From: Tricharina praecox
Taxonomy: Eukaryota
Assembly (NCBI RefSeq): GCF_024521635.1
Contig: NW_026250409.1
Coordinates: 930,001 to 994,000 of the forward strand
Length of the DNA stretch: 64,000 nucleotides
Direction of reading: 5' to 3'
Part shown: piece by piece, positions 1 through 12,923 of the stretch
How the letters are laid out: every line of letters starts with the position of its first letter
How positions within the stretch are numbered: position 1 is the stretch's first letter
The notes under the pieces: model-generated
Database searches by the model: none
What the model was told of the DNA's origin: nothing
What the model saw: the letters and a program-made list of their open reading frames with translations, nothing else
Program-made: the position numbers and the translations under genes

Positions 1-5
1 GAGCG

Positions 6-1547
6 GTGTCGCAAGCCACGCCGATGAATGTGTGGCAAGGAGGAAGAGAGGGAGGAGGGGGAGAAGGAGGAGGAGGAAGGACAAGGGCAAGCAGAAGGGA
101 GCAGTTCCAGCTGCCCGAGCGACTGAACATCCCGCCCCCAACGACAGCGCCTCGCGGCAGTGGACACGACAACTACACACCACACGGCGCAAACTACAAC
201 CGGGAGGGACACTACGGCAGCTTCAACCACAATAACTACAACAACAATCGTGGAATGGCGAACCTACCACCTAGGCCTCCGCCCTCGACAGCCATGCCCG
301 TGCACGGCTATGCCGCCCGTCCACCAACGCACACAAGGTTCTTCCATGACGATCGGCACCAGCAGGCTCCGCAGAAAGGAGGCTGGAAGCCGCAGAACCT
401 GCAACGGCCAGGAGGAGGCTGGCGGCAGATGGAGGAGTTTGAACGGAATGAGCAGCCGCACCCGGATTACGTGAAGCGGGGGGCCTATAACCCGCCATCG
501 GCGCCGCAAGGCAGAGCCCAGCATATTTCGCAACGGGGCCATGCACAGCCGGAGGAGCGGAAGCACAACTTTGGGTTCACAATCCAACGTCAGTACGGGG
601 GCGCCCCCGACGGAAAGCACAACCCTCAGCCTACAACTCAACATCAGTACGGAGGGGCGGCCTACGACCGCACCGCGCAGCCCACAATAGCGCCCGTCGC
701 CACCGCCGCATACCTCGAGCAATCCTTACAGCCATCGCAGAAGCTCAGCACACCCAAGGAACTGCTCGTGATCCTGGATCTGAACGGAACTCTTCTTTTC
801 CGTAAGAAGGGGAGGAACGCAACGGGTTCGTCAGCTCCCACCCTACGTCCCGGCCTTTCGGGTTTCTTGAACTACGTCACCGGCAACTTCAAAGTCATGA
901 TCTGGACTTCCGCGCGCCCCGACAACGCAAAGCGCATGGTTGATGCCGCGTTCACCAAGAAGCAGAAGCAGAAGCTCGTCGCTGTGTGGGCCCGCGATAC
1001 GCTGGGCTTGACCTCGTCCCAGTACAACGCCAAGGTCCAGGTCTACAAGACGCTCGAGAGGATATGGAACGGGAGGTTTGCGATCAAGGGTAAGGCGGCT
1101 TTTGATCAGACCAACACGGTTCTCTTCGATGACTCGACCGAGAAGGCTGTGGGTCATCCGTACAACCTGGTCTGTGTTCCGGAGTTCGACGGCAACCAGA
1201 GCCAGATTACAGGAGATATGGTGCTCCAGCAGTGTATTGAGTATCTGGAGAAACTCAAGTGGCAGTCGGATGTATCTGCTTACATACGTGCACATCCATT
1301 TGAGTCCGTCACTAAATCTAAGGGGACACCTAAGGGTGCTGGACCGAGACAGACAGCTAAGGAATTGTCTGTCGATGAAGACGATGTTGCTGAACATAAG
1401 GAAGATGGGGAGGAGGAAGACGAAGACGGTTATCCCGAAGATAAGGAGGAGGGGGAGGAGGAAGAGGAAGACGATTATGCCGAAGATAAGGAGGAGAGCG
1501 AGGATCAAGAGGAGGGGGGTGTCAAGCTCCGCGGTTGGAGGCGATGA
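6..1547 (+). CDS. NIF/FCP1-like HAD-superfamily phosphatase-domain protein with low-complexity N-terminus and acidic tail; frame is open to the window edge, so it may be 5'-truncated
   Basis: LLVILDLNGTLL (HAD motif I variant), RPGLSGFL, VMIWTSA, VYKTLERIW and NTVLFDDSTEKA..HPYNLV are NIF-domain motifs; single long ORF. Confidence 0.8.
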   Translation: MSQATPMNVWQGGREGGGGEGGGGRTRASRREQFQLPERLNIPPPTTAPRGSGHDNYTPHGANYNREGHYGSFNHNNYNNNRGMANLPPRPPPSTAMPVHGYAARPPTHTRFFHDDRHQQAPQKGGWKPQNLQRPGGGWRQMEEFERNEQPHPDYVKRGAYNPPSAPQGRAQHISQRGHAQPEERKHNFGFTIQRQYGGAPDGKHNPQPTTQHQYGGAAYDRTAQPTIAPVATAAYLEQSLQPSQKLSTPKELLVILDLNGTLLFRKKGRNATGSSAPTLRPGLSGFLNYVTGNFKVMIWTSARPDNAKRMVDAAFTKKQKQKLVAVWARDTLGLTSSQYNAKVQVYKTLERIWNGRFAIKGKAAFDQTNTVLFDDSTEKAVGHPYNLVCVPEFDGNQSQITGDMVLQQCIEYLEKLKWQSDVSAYIRAHPFESVTKSKGTPKGAGPRQTAKELSVDEDDVAEHKEDGEEEDEDGYPEDKEEGEEEEEDDYAEDKEESEDQEEGGVKLRGWRR

Positions 1548-1711
1548 TCAAGTCCATTCATGATGTTTTGCTTTGCCACTTTGGTGCCAGTATACCCGCA
1601 GTTTTACTCTGTATAATTGGGAGGGGGGCGGTGCCCGGACAGCGTTGTTTTTCTAGGTGAAGCGGTTTCAATTTTGCAAGACCTTTTAACAAACAAATAG
1701 AAGAAGTAGAA

Positions 1712-2920
1712 TTAGTCTCGCCAATTGACGTGTACTTCGTCCGTCCTGATGGAGGAAAGAAACCCGTCAGTCTTGCATCGAACGAATGAGTCTGGAGGAG
1801 AAGTAGGAACTGACCTGAACCTCTGCGTGCATGTCGATTCCTCCAACGGAGTCTTGAACCCCATCTTGTGGGCCAATAGCCCCGCATGCGCAATCATGAT
1901 ACCATTATCGATGCAGAAGCGCTCATCAGTCGCATAGACACTGCCACCCCGGTCCCTCGCCATAAGCCCCATCATCTCCTGCAACCTCTCATTACACCCC
2001 ACACCGCCGACGATCAACACCTGGCGCGAGCCGACATGCGCCATGGCGCGCTCTGTGATCTCCACCAGCATGGAGAAGACCGTTTCCTGCAGCGTAAAGC
2101 ACAGGTCCTCCCTCGTAACCTCCTCGGTGCCCTCGACATTCATCAGCGGCCTCGGCCTGCGAGTCAGCAGCTGCGCGGCGAGCTGGTCGACGACCGCCAG
2201 GATCCCTGAGAACGAGCAGTCCATGCCCTTGACGGCGTACGGCAGATCCAGCAGGTTTTTCCCGCCTTTCGCTAGCTGCTCGATGTTGTAGCCCGGCGCG
2301 GGGTCGTTGCTGATCTGCAGCGTGCGCGCGAACCGGTCCAGACAGTTCCCCACCGCGATGTCCAGCGCTTCGCCAAATATCCGGTACCTTCACCTTGTGC
2401 TATCAGCTAAATACATCCGCGCTCCTCCTCTTCTGAGCGGGTGAGGAAGGGGGGGAGTGTGGGGGTAGAACCTCTGCTCGGCGTACGCGATGACCTGCGT
2501 ATTGCCGCCCGACACGTACAGCACGACGGGATTATCTGCGCCGGTGATTTCGCGGCCCATCTCGATGTGGCCGACACAGTGGTTGACGCCCACGAGCGGC
2601 TTGTCCCACAGCAGGCTCAGGGCGCGGGCGGCGACGGCGACGGACTGCAGCGGCGCGCCCATACCGGGGCCCTTGGTGTAGCATATGCAGTCGATATCTG
2701 CGATCTTGGTGTTGGACTCCTTGAGCGCGCGCGCAACGAGCGTCGTGAACCATGTGCGGTGGTGCTTGGCTACGTCTTTGGGCAGGAAGCCCTCCCCCGG
2801 GGGTGAGACGTAGGTGTGGCGGATGTTCGAGAGGACTTGCGCGGGCTGTCCGGGTAGGTGCTGGATTAGGCCCACGCCGAGCTTGTTGGCGGAGCCTTCG
2901 AGGCCGAGTGCGATCGTCAT
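1712..2920 (-). CDS. KAE1: tRNA N6-adenosine threonylcarbamoyltransferase (KEOPS subunit Kae1/OSGEP), 3 exons
   Basis: [77 protein letters not shown]; intron 2388-2471 and a second intron near 1743-1814. Confidence 0.97.
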
Positions 2921-3279
2921 TTTTTTTGTGGTGGAGTGCGGGTGTTGAAAACGTGACGAATCGAGAATCGCGGGGGAGGGGCAGCGTCGAAGTAGTCATT
3001 CAAACCCTTACCCCTGGACTTTCGACGTCATGTTTCCCATCGATCGTCCGTGCACATTGATTTTCAAGTCGGATTTCTCCGATTGGTTGAGCATAATTTG
3101 ACTTCAAGGCCTGAGCACTCCAGGGGCCTTTTGTGGAGAGTGCTAGATTGGGGCTTTCAGGTCACGGAATCAATGCTTGGTGGAATGACTTCTAGTAAAC
3201 ACGGGCTCATTCGGGCACCTGGTACCGTTCACACATAATTTTTTGTTCTATTCTACTCAACGTATACCTACTCCGATAC

Positions 3280-4487
3280 TCATGTCGAGGAGATGTCGTC
3301 GATAAACTGTCGGACGAGGGCCTGTAAGGAGAGTTAGCACCGCGACTAGATCTTCGGAAACCACTACACACCTGCATATCGGCCGCCGCCTCGAATCCAG
3401 TCTCCAGCACCTCAACGTGGTTCGCCTTGCCCGCTTCGATAACCTTATTCAACTGCCCAGAGACCGCATTACTGTCGTCTAGTACCTCGTCACCCCTGGG
3501 GCCAGGTGCCAGCACGGCAGCGTTAGTAACTAGACTCATCGCGAGCACCCTCAATCCCGCATGTCTAGCCACACAGATTTCTGGAACCGTCGACATGCCA
3601 ACTACATCCGCGCCCATGGTCCGTAGCATCCTGCATTCGGCACGCGTCTCGAACGTGGGACCCGAAACGAAGGCGTACACGCCCTCCTTCAAGCTCCTCG
3701 TCTTGCTCACTCCCGGGAGTTTGCGGTAGGCGAGGTGAGCAGTGCGGCGGAACTCAAGGTCGTAGGCGTCCGAAAGCGCGGGGAACCGCGTGCCGAAGGA
3801 TTCCTCGTTGGGGCCGCGGAGGGGGTGGTTCCCGGCGAGACCAGGGAAGTTGATGTGCTGTCACCACGCCGTGTTAGCCCTGTAGCGGAAAGAAGCGGGA
3901 TGATGAGTCGTACATCGTTCAGTATCATGATGTCGCCAACTTTGTAATCCTCGTTCAGACCTCCAGCGGCGTTGGTAACGATGATCGACTTGATTCCAAG
4001 CACCTTCATCACGCGGACCGGGAATGTGACTTTTTGGATGGAGTGGCCTTCATAGAAACTGTGCTATAGTTTAGAATCATGCCACACACCGACAGAGAGA
4101 GATAGAGGCAATGTGTGTGTGAGGGGTGACATACTGCGCGCGGCCAACCATGATGACAACTGGTGTCAGCTCCTTTCCGAGGTGACCGAAAACCAACTTT
4201 CCGGCATGGCCCACGACTACAAACACAACGCCTTTAGTTGCGATTCACTGGGGGGAAATCAGATAGAAGCACTCACCTGTCGAGCGAGGGAATTCGGGAA
4301 TGTCGGAGTAAGGGATTTCAACCCTCGGGGAAGCCTCGAGCGTATCCACTAGCCCTCCGAGCCCGGATCCGCATATGATTCCTACCGATGGAGCCCTGAG
4401 TCCCTCCGGCACCACTGACTGGATGTATGCGGCTGACGAGGTGGCCGCCTGGAATATCGTCGTGAGGTTTTCTTGGGGTTCGGACAT
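3280..4487 (-). CDS. PNP1: Purine nucleoside phosphorylase, 5 exons
   Basis: GIICGSGLGGL, GHAGKLVFG, GRAHFYEG, IVTNAAGGLN, GPTFETRAECRMLRTMGADVVGMSTVPE, SLVTN after splicing canonical GT-AG introns. Confidence 0.95.
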
Positions 4488-4747
4488 TGTGGGATGTTGC
4501 TTACGATGGGGAATAGTAGTGCTCACTCGACGAGGAGACTGAAGGTTATATACTCGAGCTATGGAAGGATGGTTGGTTACACGATAGATCGTGGCACCTT
4601 GAGGGCCAGCAACTGGGAACGGAGATGGCCGGCCAGTCGGGTCCTGCAGATCGGCCTCTACCCCGCTCCCACGTCCTCCACCCCCACCACATAGAAACCA
4701 CAAAACCTCTAGATATCAGGAGAACCCATTCCCGTTCACCCATCAAT

Positions 4748-5248
4748 TTACAAACACCTTCCTACAAGCTCGACAAGCTCTAGAAACCCCTGCTGATCCA
4801 ACTCCGCCGACCTCAACCCAAGCCCACAAACCACCATCCTCCCCTCATCCTTGTTCCTAGTCGTGATGATGGAAGCAAGCTGCACCGCGATAAGCTGACC
4901 CGTAGCTTCGCGTTCGGGAACCGTTCCGCCCAGGAGCGTGGTCGGCGTTAGGTGCGAGAGCGGGAGAAGTGAGTCGTCTTGATCTTCTTCTCCTTCCGCT
5001 GTTTCTTCAGCGATGACGCGGTGCGCGCTGTCGAGGGGAACGTGAAACTGCCCGGTCAGCCCGTGTTGAATGGTGCCAAGAAGAAGACGACATACCCACT
5101 GCGCCAGTCGTCCGGCTTGGGTCACGGTGATGAGGAGCTTGTCGGCGAAACCGACAACCATGGCGTCGGTCGGGACATCTTTTATGTAGCCAGCGGCTCG
5201 CTTTGTGGTCGCGGGGTATCGCGAATCGATGGCACCGGCAGACTCCAT
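4748..5248 (-). CDS. Proteasome assembly chaperone 3 (PAC3/POC3-like), 2 exons
   Basis: YPATTKRAAG..FADKLLITVTQAGRLAQW/FHVPL, LLPLSHLTPTTLLGG, LIAVQLASII, VVCGLGL resemble the fungal PAC3 family; intron about 5049-5095. Confidence 0.7.
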   Translation of the reverse strand: MESAGAIDSRYPATTKRAAGYIKDVPTDAMVVGFADKLLITVTQAGRLAQWVCRLLLGTIQHGLTGQFHVPLDSAHRVIAEETAEGEEDQDDSLLPLSHLTPTTLLGGTVPEREATGQLIAVQLASIITTRNKDEGRMVVCGLGLRSAELDQQGFLELVELVGRCL

Positions 5249-5781
5249 TGTTGTCGTGTAGGTTGTAGATACTGGGAGAGCTGGTAGTGGTGGTGAGGAA
5301 ATAACTTGTGCTTCTAGAGCACTTAGGGCTTTGTTCCGGGGCATGCGATCATCGATGTCTCCTCAGAAAAAACTCCACGTCTCATCGGTTTACAGCCATG
5401 AGAGCCCTCTTACAGGTCCATTGAGAAGTCAAGGTGTTCGTATAAGTGTTTCACCATGACGACCGTAACTCTCTACTGGTAGTGAGGCGAGCTGTGTCGT
5501 ATCCCAGCACTCGATACTCCAGTGCTCACCTCTGCCCGTCTTAGTTTACGCCCTGCTACCTGCAGTGCTCATAGACATGTAGATCCGTAAGCAGTTGAAA
5601 CTTGAAACCGCTGCCTGACGTTCCGTCGCGCGTGAAGAACTCCAGACTTTTGTTCGGGGCCAGAGGAAACCTAGTGAGTGCTTGGCACCTAGCAGGGATA
5701 AAACTCTAACCCAACCTTTAAATCTGCATGTAAGGTTGATCTCTCGACAAAAAAAAACCGACCACCAATACCTCAACCACG

Positions 5782-8700
5782 ATGCCGCCAAAAAGCTTCA
5801 AACCCACCCGCGAGCGCAAGCAGCGCCGGCGCGCGCGAGTTGAACAAAGCGAAGCCCCCGCCGATGCCGCCGACAATGCCGCACCCTCCGCGCCGGCCGA
5901 TCCCAATGCCGAAATCATGGTTCCTCTCACGGCCGCCGAGAAGGCTGAGAAGCGTCGCAACCAGCTGAAGCAGGAATTGGCGGCGGGACTACCGAAGATG
6001 TCGGCTAAGAAGAAAAAGCGCTTCAATAAATACATCGAGACGAAGCTCAAGAAGGAGGAGTCTCAAGCTATCATCGAAAAGCTTGCGGAGACTACGGTCG
6101 ATACGAGTCTTTTTGCCAGCACCAGGAGTATCGGCGCATCGAGGGAGAGCAAGAAGCAGGCTATCAAGCGCGCGCTGCTGGAGGAGCAGGCGGGTATCAA
6201 TATGGAAAAGAACAGAGATATTCTGTATGAGGAGCGGCGGCCGGTGGATCCGGAGGATATCGACATGGAGACAACGATGGATGAGCCTGCGGTTGAGGCC
6301 GAGTTGGAACAGCCGAAACCAGTGGTGAATCGGTTCGCGATCGGTGCGATTGTGGGAGCTGGCCTTAAGAGACCGTTGGACGGCGATACAGTTGGACCAC
6401 CCATTATTAAACGGATCAAAAGGAACCGGAAGCCCTTAATCATTCAGCCAATGGTAATCGACAAGCCAGAAGAGACTTCGAGTGAGGAGGAAATGCCGAG
6501 TGGCGAGGGGGAGAGCGAGGAAGAGGAAGAGAGTGGCTCCGAGGACGAAGAGGAGGAGGAATGGGGTGGTATCTCAGACGAAGACAACGAAGCATCCAAC
6601 GCCGAGCCATCAGAAGGAGATTCTGACGAAGATAGCGACGAGAGTGATAGCGATGGAGAAGAAGAAGGAGAAGAAGAAGAATCTGTCGCTCCACTAAAGC
6701 GAGGACAGTCCGGAAGGGCAAACGCCTTCAAAGAATGGGCTATGGCACAGAGAAGGACGGTTGTTTATGGCGAGGACGATGCCGTTGCCCCGTCCAATAT
6801 AGAGACGTCAATTGAAGCACAGTCTGATATTGTCCATATTCCCCGAAGCCGTGAAGAAGACATGACCCCTCCGCCAGAGGAGCTGGCACCATCATCGCAA
6901 ACGGAAAGAAAGGTAGATTGTAATGCTCGATATCCAGTAGTATGCAGGGCTGAGTCTGAGATCATAGGTTCACTACGTGACGGTGACTCGTCCCGAAGAC
7001 ATCCAGACCGCCCGCATTTCCCTTCCGGTTGTAGCAGAGGAACAGCGAATCATGGAAGCGATCCACCGCAGCCCATGTGTTGTGATTTGTGGTGAGACGG
7101 GTTCCGGAAAGACCACCCAGATCCCACAATTCTTATACGAAGCTGGATATGGATCACCTGGTAGTCCCACGCCTGGACTCATCGGTGTCACTCAGCCGCG
7201 CCGTGTTGCAGCAGTGTCTATGGCAAATCGTGTTGGCACGGAGCTCGGACCTGGCGGCAAGGAGAAGGTGTCTTACCAAATCCGATTCGATGGAACTGTC
7301 GGTCCGAAAACCGCCATCAAGTTCATGACGGATGGTGTTCTTCTCAGAGAGTTGGCAGATGATTTCCTTCTGAGAAAGTACTCAGCCATCCTAATCGACG
7401 AGGCCCACGAGCGGAGCATAAATACAGATATCCTAATCGGTGTTATGAGTCGTGTTGTGCGCCTAAGGGAAACCATGAGCAAGCAGGACGGAGAGACAAA
7501 GGTGAGACCTAGAGACTCCGTGATAGTTCATGATGATTGATTGACGTATGCTGACTATTCCTCAAGCCCCTCAAGCTAATTATCATGTCAGCAACACTGC
7601 GTGTCTCGGATTTCGTGGAGAACAAGACTCTATTCCCTAGACCGCCTCCTCTGCTCAACGTAGAAGCCAGACAGCATCCTGTAACCATACACTTTTCTAA
7701 GCGGACGGCCTCGGACTATGTCGAGGAAGCCTTCAAGAAAGTCTCTCGTATAAACCGGAGACTTCCTCCCGGAGGTGAGATCCATCGCCGCCTCAGCTAG
7801 CGTGTATGCTAACAAATATTCTAGGCATTTTGGTGTTTTTAACTGGTCAGAACGAGATCTTGACGCTGATGAAGAGACTGCAACAAACTTTCCCAGAAAA
7901 GAACAAGAAATCTGGAGGTAGACGTTCTGAAAAACGTTTCCAATCACAAGTGAAGGTGCTGGCGAGCGAAGGTATGAAATTCTCCGGGATTGTTTGGGTA
8001 ATGCATGCGCTAATATCAAACTCCAGCCACCGTGGAGACTGAAGATGTGGAGCTGGGAGAGGACAATACACTCGCCCAAGAGGAGGACCCCATCTCCGAA
8101 GATGAGGATGACAACCTTGGCGAGGAGATGGGAGACAAAGATGTGGAGTACCCACTCCACATTCTCCCGCTTTACTCCCTTCTCCCGACGAAGGAGCAGT
8201 TAAGAGTCTTTGAGGAGGCACCTGAGGGTACTCGTCTATGTGTCCTGGCCACTAACGTTGCGGAAACATCGTTGACCATTCCCGGTATCCGATACGTTGT
8301 TGATTGCGGACGGTCTAAGGAGAGGAACTACGACAAAGTGACTGGTGTTCAGAGCTTCAACATTCAATGGTCGAGTAAGGCCAGTGCCGCTCAGCGTGCC
8401 GGTCGTGCTGGACGAACCGGTCCCGGCCATTGTTATCGTCTGTTCTCGAGCGCGGTTTACGAGACAGACTTTGAGGAATACGCACAGCCAGAGCTATTGC
8501 GGATGCCGATCGAAGGTATGTCGCAGACGGCCTCCATCCCACTCCATGTCGGAGTTGAAACTGATATCTCGTAGGTGTGGTATTGCAGATGAAAGCTATG
8601 AACATCGATACAATCGTCAATTTCCCTTTCCCGACGCCCCCTGACAGGGAGAGTCTGCTCAAGTCCGAGAAGGTTGGTGACTCTGAACCACTTCTACTAT

Positions 8701-9858
8701 ATAGCTGGCTAACGGGTGTGGCTTACAGTTGTTGGGCTATCTACGTGCCATTGCTCCTGACGGCTCACTCACCGAGCTGGGACGCACGATGAACTTCTTC
8801 CCTCTATCACCGCGCTTCGCTAAGATCTTGATGATTGGCCAACAACATGGGTGCCTGCCCTACATCATTGCCATAGTATCCGCACTATCGGTTGGCGACG
8901 TATTCGTGCCGGAGCAACAACTTGGATTCTCCGCAGAGGAAGACGAGGACGATCACGCTTCCAGATATGAGAGGAACATTGCGAGGGACGCGAAGTCGAA
9001 GATGCGCAGCGACTACTACCGTGCACATGCAAACTTCGCAGCTCTGGATAACGAAAGTGATGCAATCAAACTGCTGGCTGTAGTATGCGCGTTTGAGTAC
9101 GAGAAGAATCCTGCAGACTTCTGCTCTCGTAGCTTCATTCGGTTGAAGGCCATGGAAGAAACGAGAAAACTCAGACAGCAAATCACGAATATCGTCATGG
9201 CCAACTCTCCGGGAGTCTTGACCAAGTTTGAGGCTAAACTGCCGCCTCCTTCCAAACTACAGGTAAGGATGGTTCGCCTGTGCGGTGGGTCAATTCAGTT
9301 ACTGATGTTCGGGTTCGATAGGTCAAAGCACTGAGACAGATTGTGGCGGCTGGATTCGTGGATCAAGTCGCAATCCGTGCCGACTTGCTCCCCAACTCGG
9401 ACTTCAAGGTCAACAACATCAAGCTGGCCACGCAGATACCATACGTCACTTTGTTCCCCTCCAGCACGCAGCCTTCAGACGACATTGCAGATCGATCCGT
9501 ATTCCTCCACCAAAGCTCAGTTCTGGCTTCGCAGAATGCAAAGCCTGAATACGTTATCTACAGCGAGCTCACACGATCGGCTTCTGGTAGCGAAAGGGTT
9601 TGGATGAAGCCCCTGACTACGATAAAAGGAGGCCAGCTAGGTGCGCTCGCGGAAGGCACTCCGCTAATTACATACTCCAAGCCCTTGGAATCGAAGCCTC
9701 CGAGGGTTCTGGAGGATTCCGGTGGCAAGAGGCGGGAGGTGTGGGTTGTTCCCAGAGTTGGCGCGGCCATTGGCAAGAGTGGCCTTGGATGGTCGCTGCC
9801 GCCACAGAGAATTATTCAGAAGAAGGAGGGACTTTCGCAGAAATGGGAGAAGGAGTAG
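5782..9858 (+). CDS. DHR1: DEAH-box RNA helicase Dhr1/Ecm16 (DHX37), SSU processome; multi-exon
   Basis: [108 protein letters not shown]. Confidence 0.95.
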
Positions 9859-10111
9859 ATTTCGTCAGGAGCTTTTGTATTTAGACCGGAGTAAAAGATG
9901 AATGATGAGGAAGCACCTGCATAGAGATATTTGATTGCCGTCGGTCTTTTTGTTTGGAACATGATATGATGCATGTACTTCTTTGTGTTACAATGGGTTC
10001 GGCAACTGCCGTCGCACGCTAAAAAAGTTACGCCGTATATCATTCAAAATCTTATCCCACCCCGCCACTCTCACACAATCCTCCACCACCACCGACCAGC
10101 AAACCTTCGCA

Positions 10112-12923
10112 ATGCTTCGACACTCGCTTCGGGGCAGCTTGCATCAGAATTTCAGGCGGTCTATAACTCCCACCGCTCGACCGACTTCCGGCTTCGTTTG
10201 CGCCTTCTGCGATGTTCCGCGTCGCTTTAATTCCACTTTCACACCGTCGGATTCCAGTCCTCAGGCCGCACACCAGAAGGATGACACGCATGTCAGTATA
10301 CTTGGGAACTTCACCTCAGGGAAGGACGAGAGCAAGTACGACAAGTCCACGTCGGAGAATGAACCCGGGAAGAAAGCCTTCTACAAAGGTGCAAAGAAAA
10401 ATGTGAAGGAAGGGTCTATATTCAAACTCAACGACAGCCCAACGGGTGACGGCCACAATTCTCGCAAGAGAAATTTTAAGGACAAAAAGCCATATAAGGA
10501 ATTTGGTGGGGAGAAACAGGGTGCGGAGAAGTCAAACAGCAAACGGGCGCCGAAAAAGGGAAAACCGTCCGACCATGTAGCAAGGCCGAAGAAGTCTGAA
10601 CCAGTAGACGGTGCAGGTACCAGAATACGCAGGGTGCGGGCGAAAGGCGGTGCGGAAACTCAGGATGTATGTTTACACGGACCGCTATATCCAGTCACAA
10701 GAGGGCAAGTACTGATGGTTGTCTAGGAATCCGGCGGAATGTCTATTTCTACAGCAATGAACCCACGTGGTACATCGGTGATCGAGGAAGAGGCCGGTTT
10801 AAGTGTCAGCGATGTTGAGGTTGAACGTACGCACGCAGACCTACCCCAAATCCAATACGCGTCGACTGAAAATTGTGCCAGCTATTTCGATTGTGCATCA
10901 GAAAGATGTCGCAACACTATCGCACGGATTAGATCGAGTGCTTTTTAAGTGAGCCGACTCCCCATTGAGGCCATTAGAGTGGCGGTTTACTGACTTACGG
11001 CAATAGCCCCGGCGTCGTTTACCTCCAGGATCCGAGATCGCGAATCTTTAACTTCGATCCCTACCTACAGAAGATCATGCCCGTTACTGAGTTCGACTTC
11101 GATGCCGTCGCTGGCTACATTACTTCTTCGAAGGACGTGAAGTTGGAGGCGCTCATGAAAGAGCATGGAAAGAAGTATATGGGGTCAACCTCCAGTATGA
11201 CTTCTGTATTGTCGCATTTCCATTATCTACTATCAGCGTGGAGGGAGATTAACATCGATATCCTCTCAAAATCTTTCTCGGCGGACTACAAGTCATTTAC
11301 AGCGCTTTCACGGTTACCAACATCAATCTTCCTGCGTTATAAAGGCGATGGAACGTACGCCATCGACTCCGACAAGGAAACGGATGCGGACAATATCTTG
11401 AGTTACTTGGGACGTTCAATGGAAAAGTTGTTAACCCTGCCACCGGATGAGTTCGAGAAGTACCGTCGGGGAAACTCCCACGTACTAGACGACGATACCC
11501 GCAATGCTCAGGATACCTACCATTATTCAACATTTGGAGACTTCCTCATGCGCTCGCAGCTAGACGCACACGACAGCCGTCTGCCTGGAACCGGTATGTT
11601 TGACTTGAAGACAAGAGCAGTTGTTTCCATTCGTGTGGACGTCACCAAATTCCATTTGGGATCGGGCTACCAGATCAAGACGCGAACCGGTAACTGGGAG
11701 TCTTTCGAGAGGGAATACTTCGACATGATCCGAGCTGCGTTCCTGAAGTACTCTCTGCAGGTGCGAATGGGTCGCATGGACGGAATCTTTGTGGCTTTCC
11801 ACAACACCGAAAAGATCTTCGGGTTCCAGTACATTTCTTTGGATGAGATGGATGCCGCACTCCACGAGGGGCCTGGTTCTGGAATTGGTGCCCAAGAGTT
11901 CAAGATGAGTCTGTCATTACTAAACAAGCTCTTGAACCAGGCAACGGCCAAGTTCCCGGAGAAGGTGAGCTATATGACTGCTTCGAATTCCTAGAAAAGT
12001 ATACTAATACTATCCAGTCTCTTCGGATTCACTTTGAGACGAGAGAAACCTCAACGCCGTACATGTACATGTTCGCCGAACCCATGGAGGAGGAGCAAAT
12101 CGAAGAGATCCAGACTGGTGAAAGGGGAACTCTCGAGGAGTTTATGGCAAAGATCAAAGCACAGATCTACGCACACGAGAACCCCGATTCAGTAGTAGTC
12201 GAGGATGAGGTCGATGAGTTCCAAGTTGAGCCTGCTGAGGACAGAACTGAGCAGGAGACTATTGAGGCTGGTGAGATCGCCGAGACTGCTGAGATTGATG
12301 AGGCCGTTGTGGGAACTGCCGAGACCGAGACCTCCACGATCGAGAATGTCGACGAGAACGAGACTGCGGACGAGATCGAGGCCTCCAAGATCGAGAATGC
12401 CGATGAGACCGAGACTGCCGACGAGATCAAGACCTCCAAGATCGAGAATGCCGATGAGACACCGGTGGCGGCGGACGCCAGTGCAGAGTTTGGAAAGGCT
12501 GAAATCGAAAATGACATGCAGCAGGATGAACAGGTGGACGATGCATTCCTGAAGGAGCTCCAAGATCAACGAGACAAGGACGAAGGAAAGGATTTGTTTG
12601 GCGTCACACTGACAGTCAAGAACATTGTGAACGGGAGTCAGGTGAAGCGTCCCACCCACCTGGTGGAGGGAGACAAGTGGGAGGTTGACTACAACATCGC
12701 CGAGTTCAGCACACAAGCAAGAGCATGGTCGATCTACAACGCATTGAGAATGCGCAAGAAGAAGGCTTTCCTCGCACGACTCACGTCGACGGACTCGGAT
12801 CAAGTTGGTCAATACCAGCAGTACATTCAAACGTTGGCGGCCGAGGGTCGGGACTGGGAAAAGCTCCAGGACGAGCGTGATTCTGGAAGAGAAAAGGTTG
12901 TGTTTCAAACTAAGAGCACGTAG
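10112..12923 (+). CDS. PET127: Mitochondrial RNA 5'-end processing nuclease Pet127; multi-exon
   Basis: Arg/Ser-rich presequence-like N-terminus; LSHGLDRVLFNPGV, YITSSKD, KYMGSTSSMTSVLSHFHYLLS, MRSQLDAHD..LPGTGMFDLKTRAV, ESFEREYFDMIRAAFLKYSLQVRMGRMDGIFVAFHN. Confidence 0.93.
12339..12460 (+). repeat. In-frame 51-nt (17-aa) tandem repeat, about 2.4 copies, in the acidic region of PET127
   Basis: IENVDENETADEIEASK / IENADETETADEIKTSK / IENADET. Confidence 0.85.

Noticed and set aside
766..795. DLNGT instead of DxDxT as evidence of a novel pseudophosphatase
   Set aside because: I recall DLNG(T/L)L as a common variant in this NIF subfamily, so it is not locus-specific; activity cannot be judged from sequence
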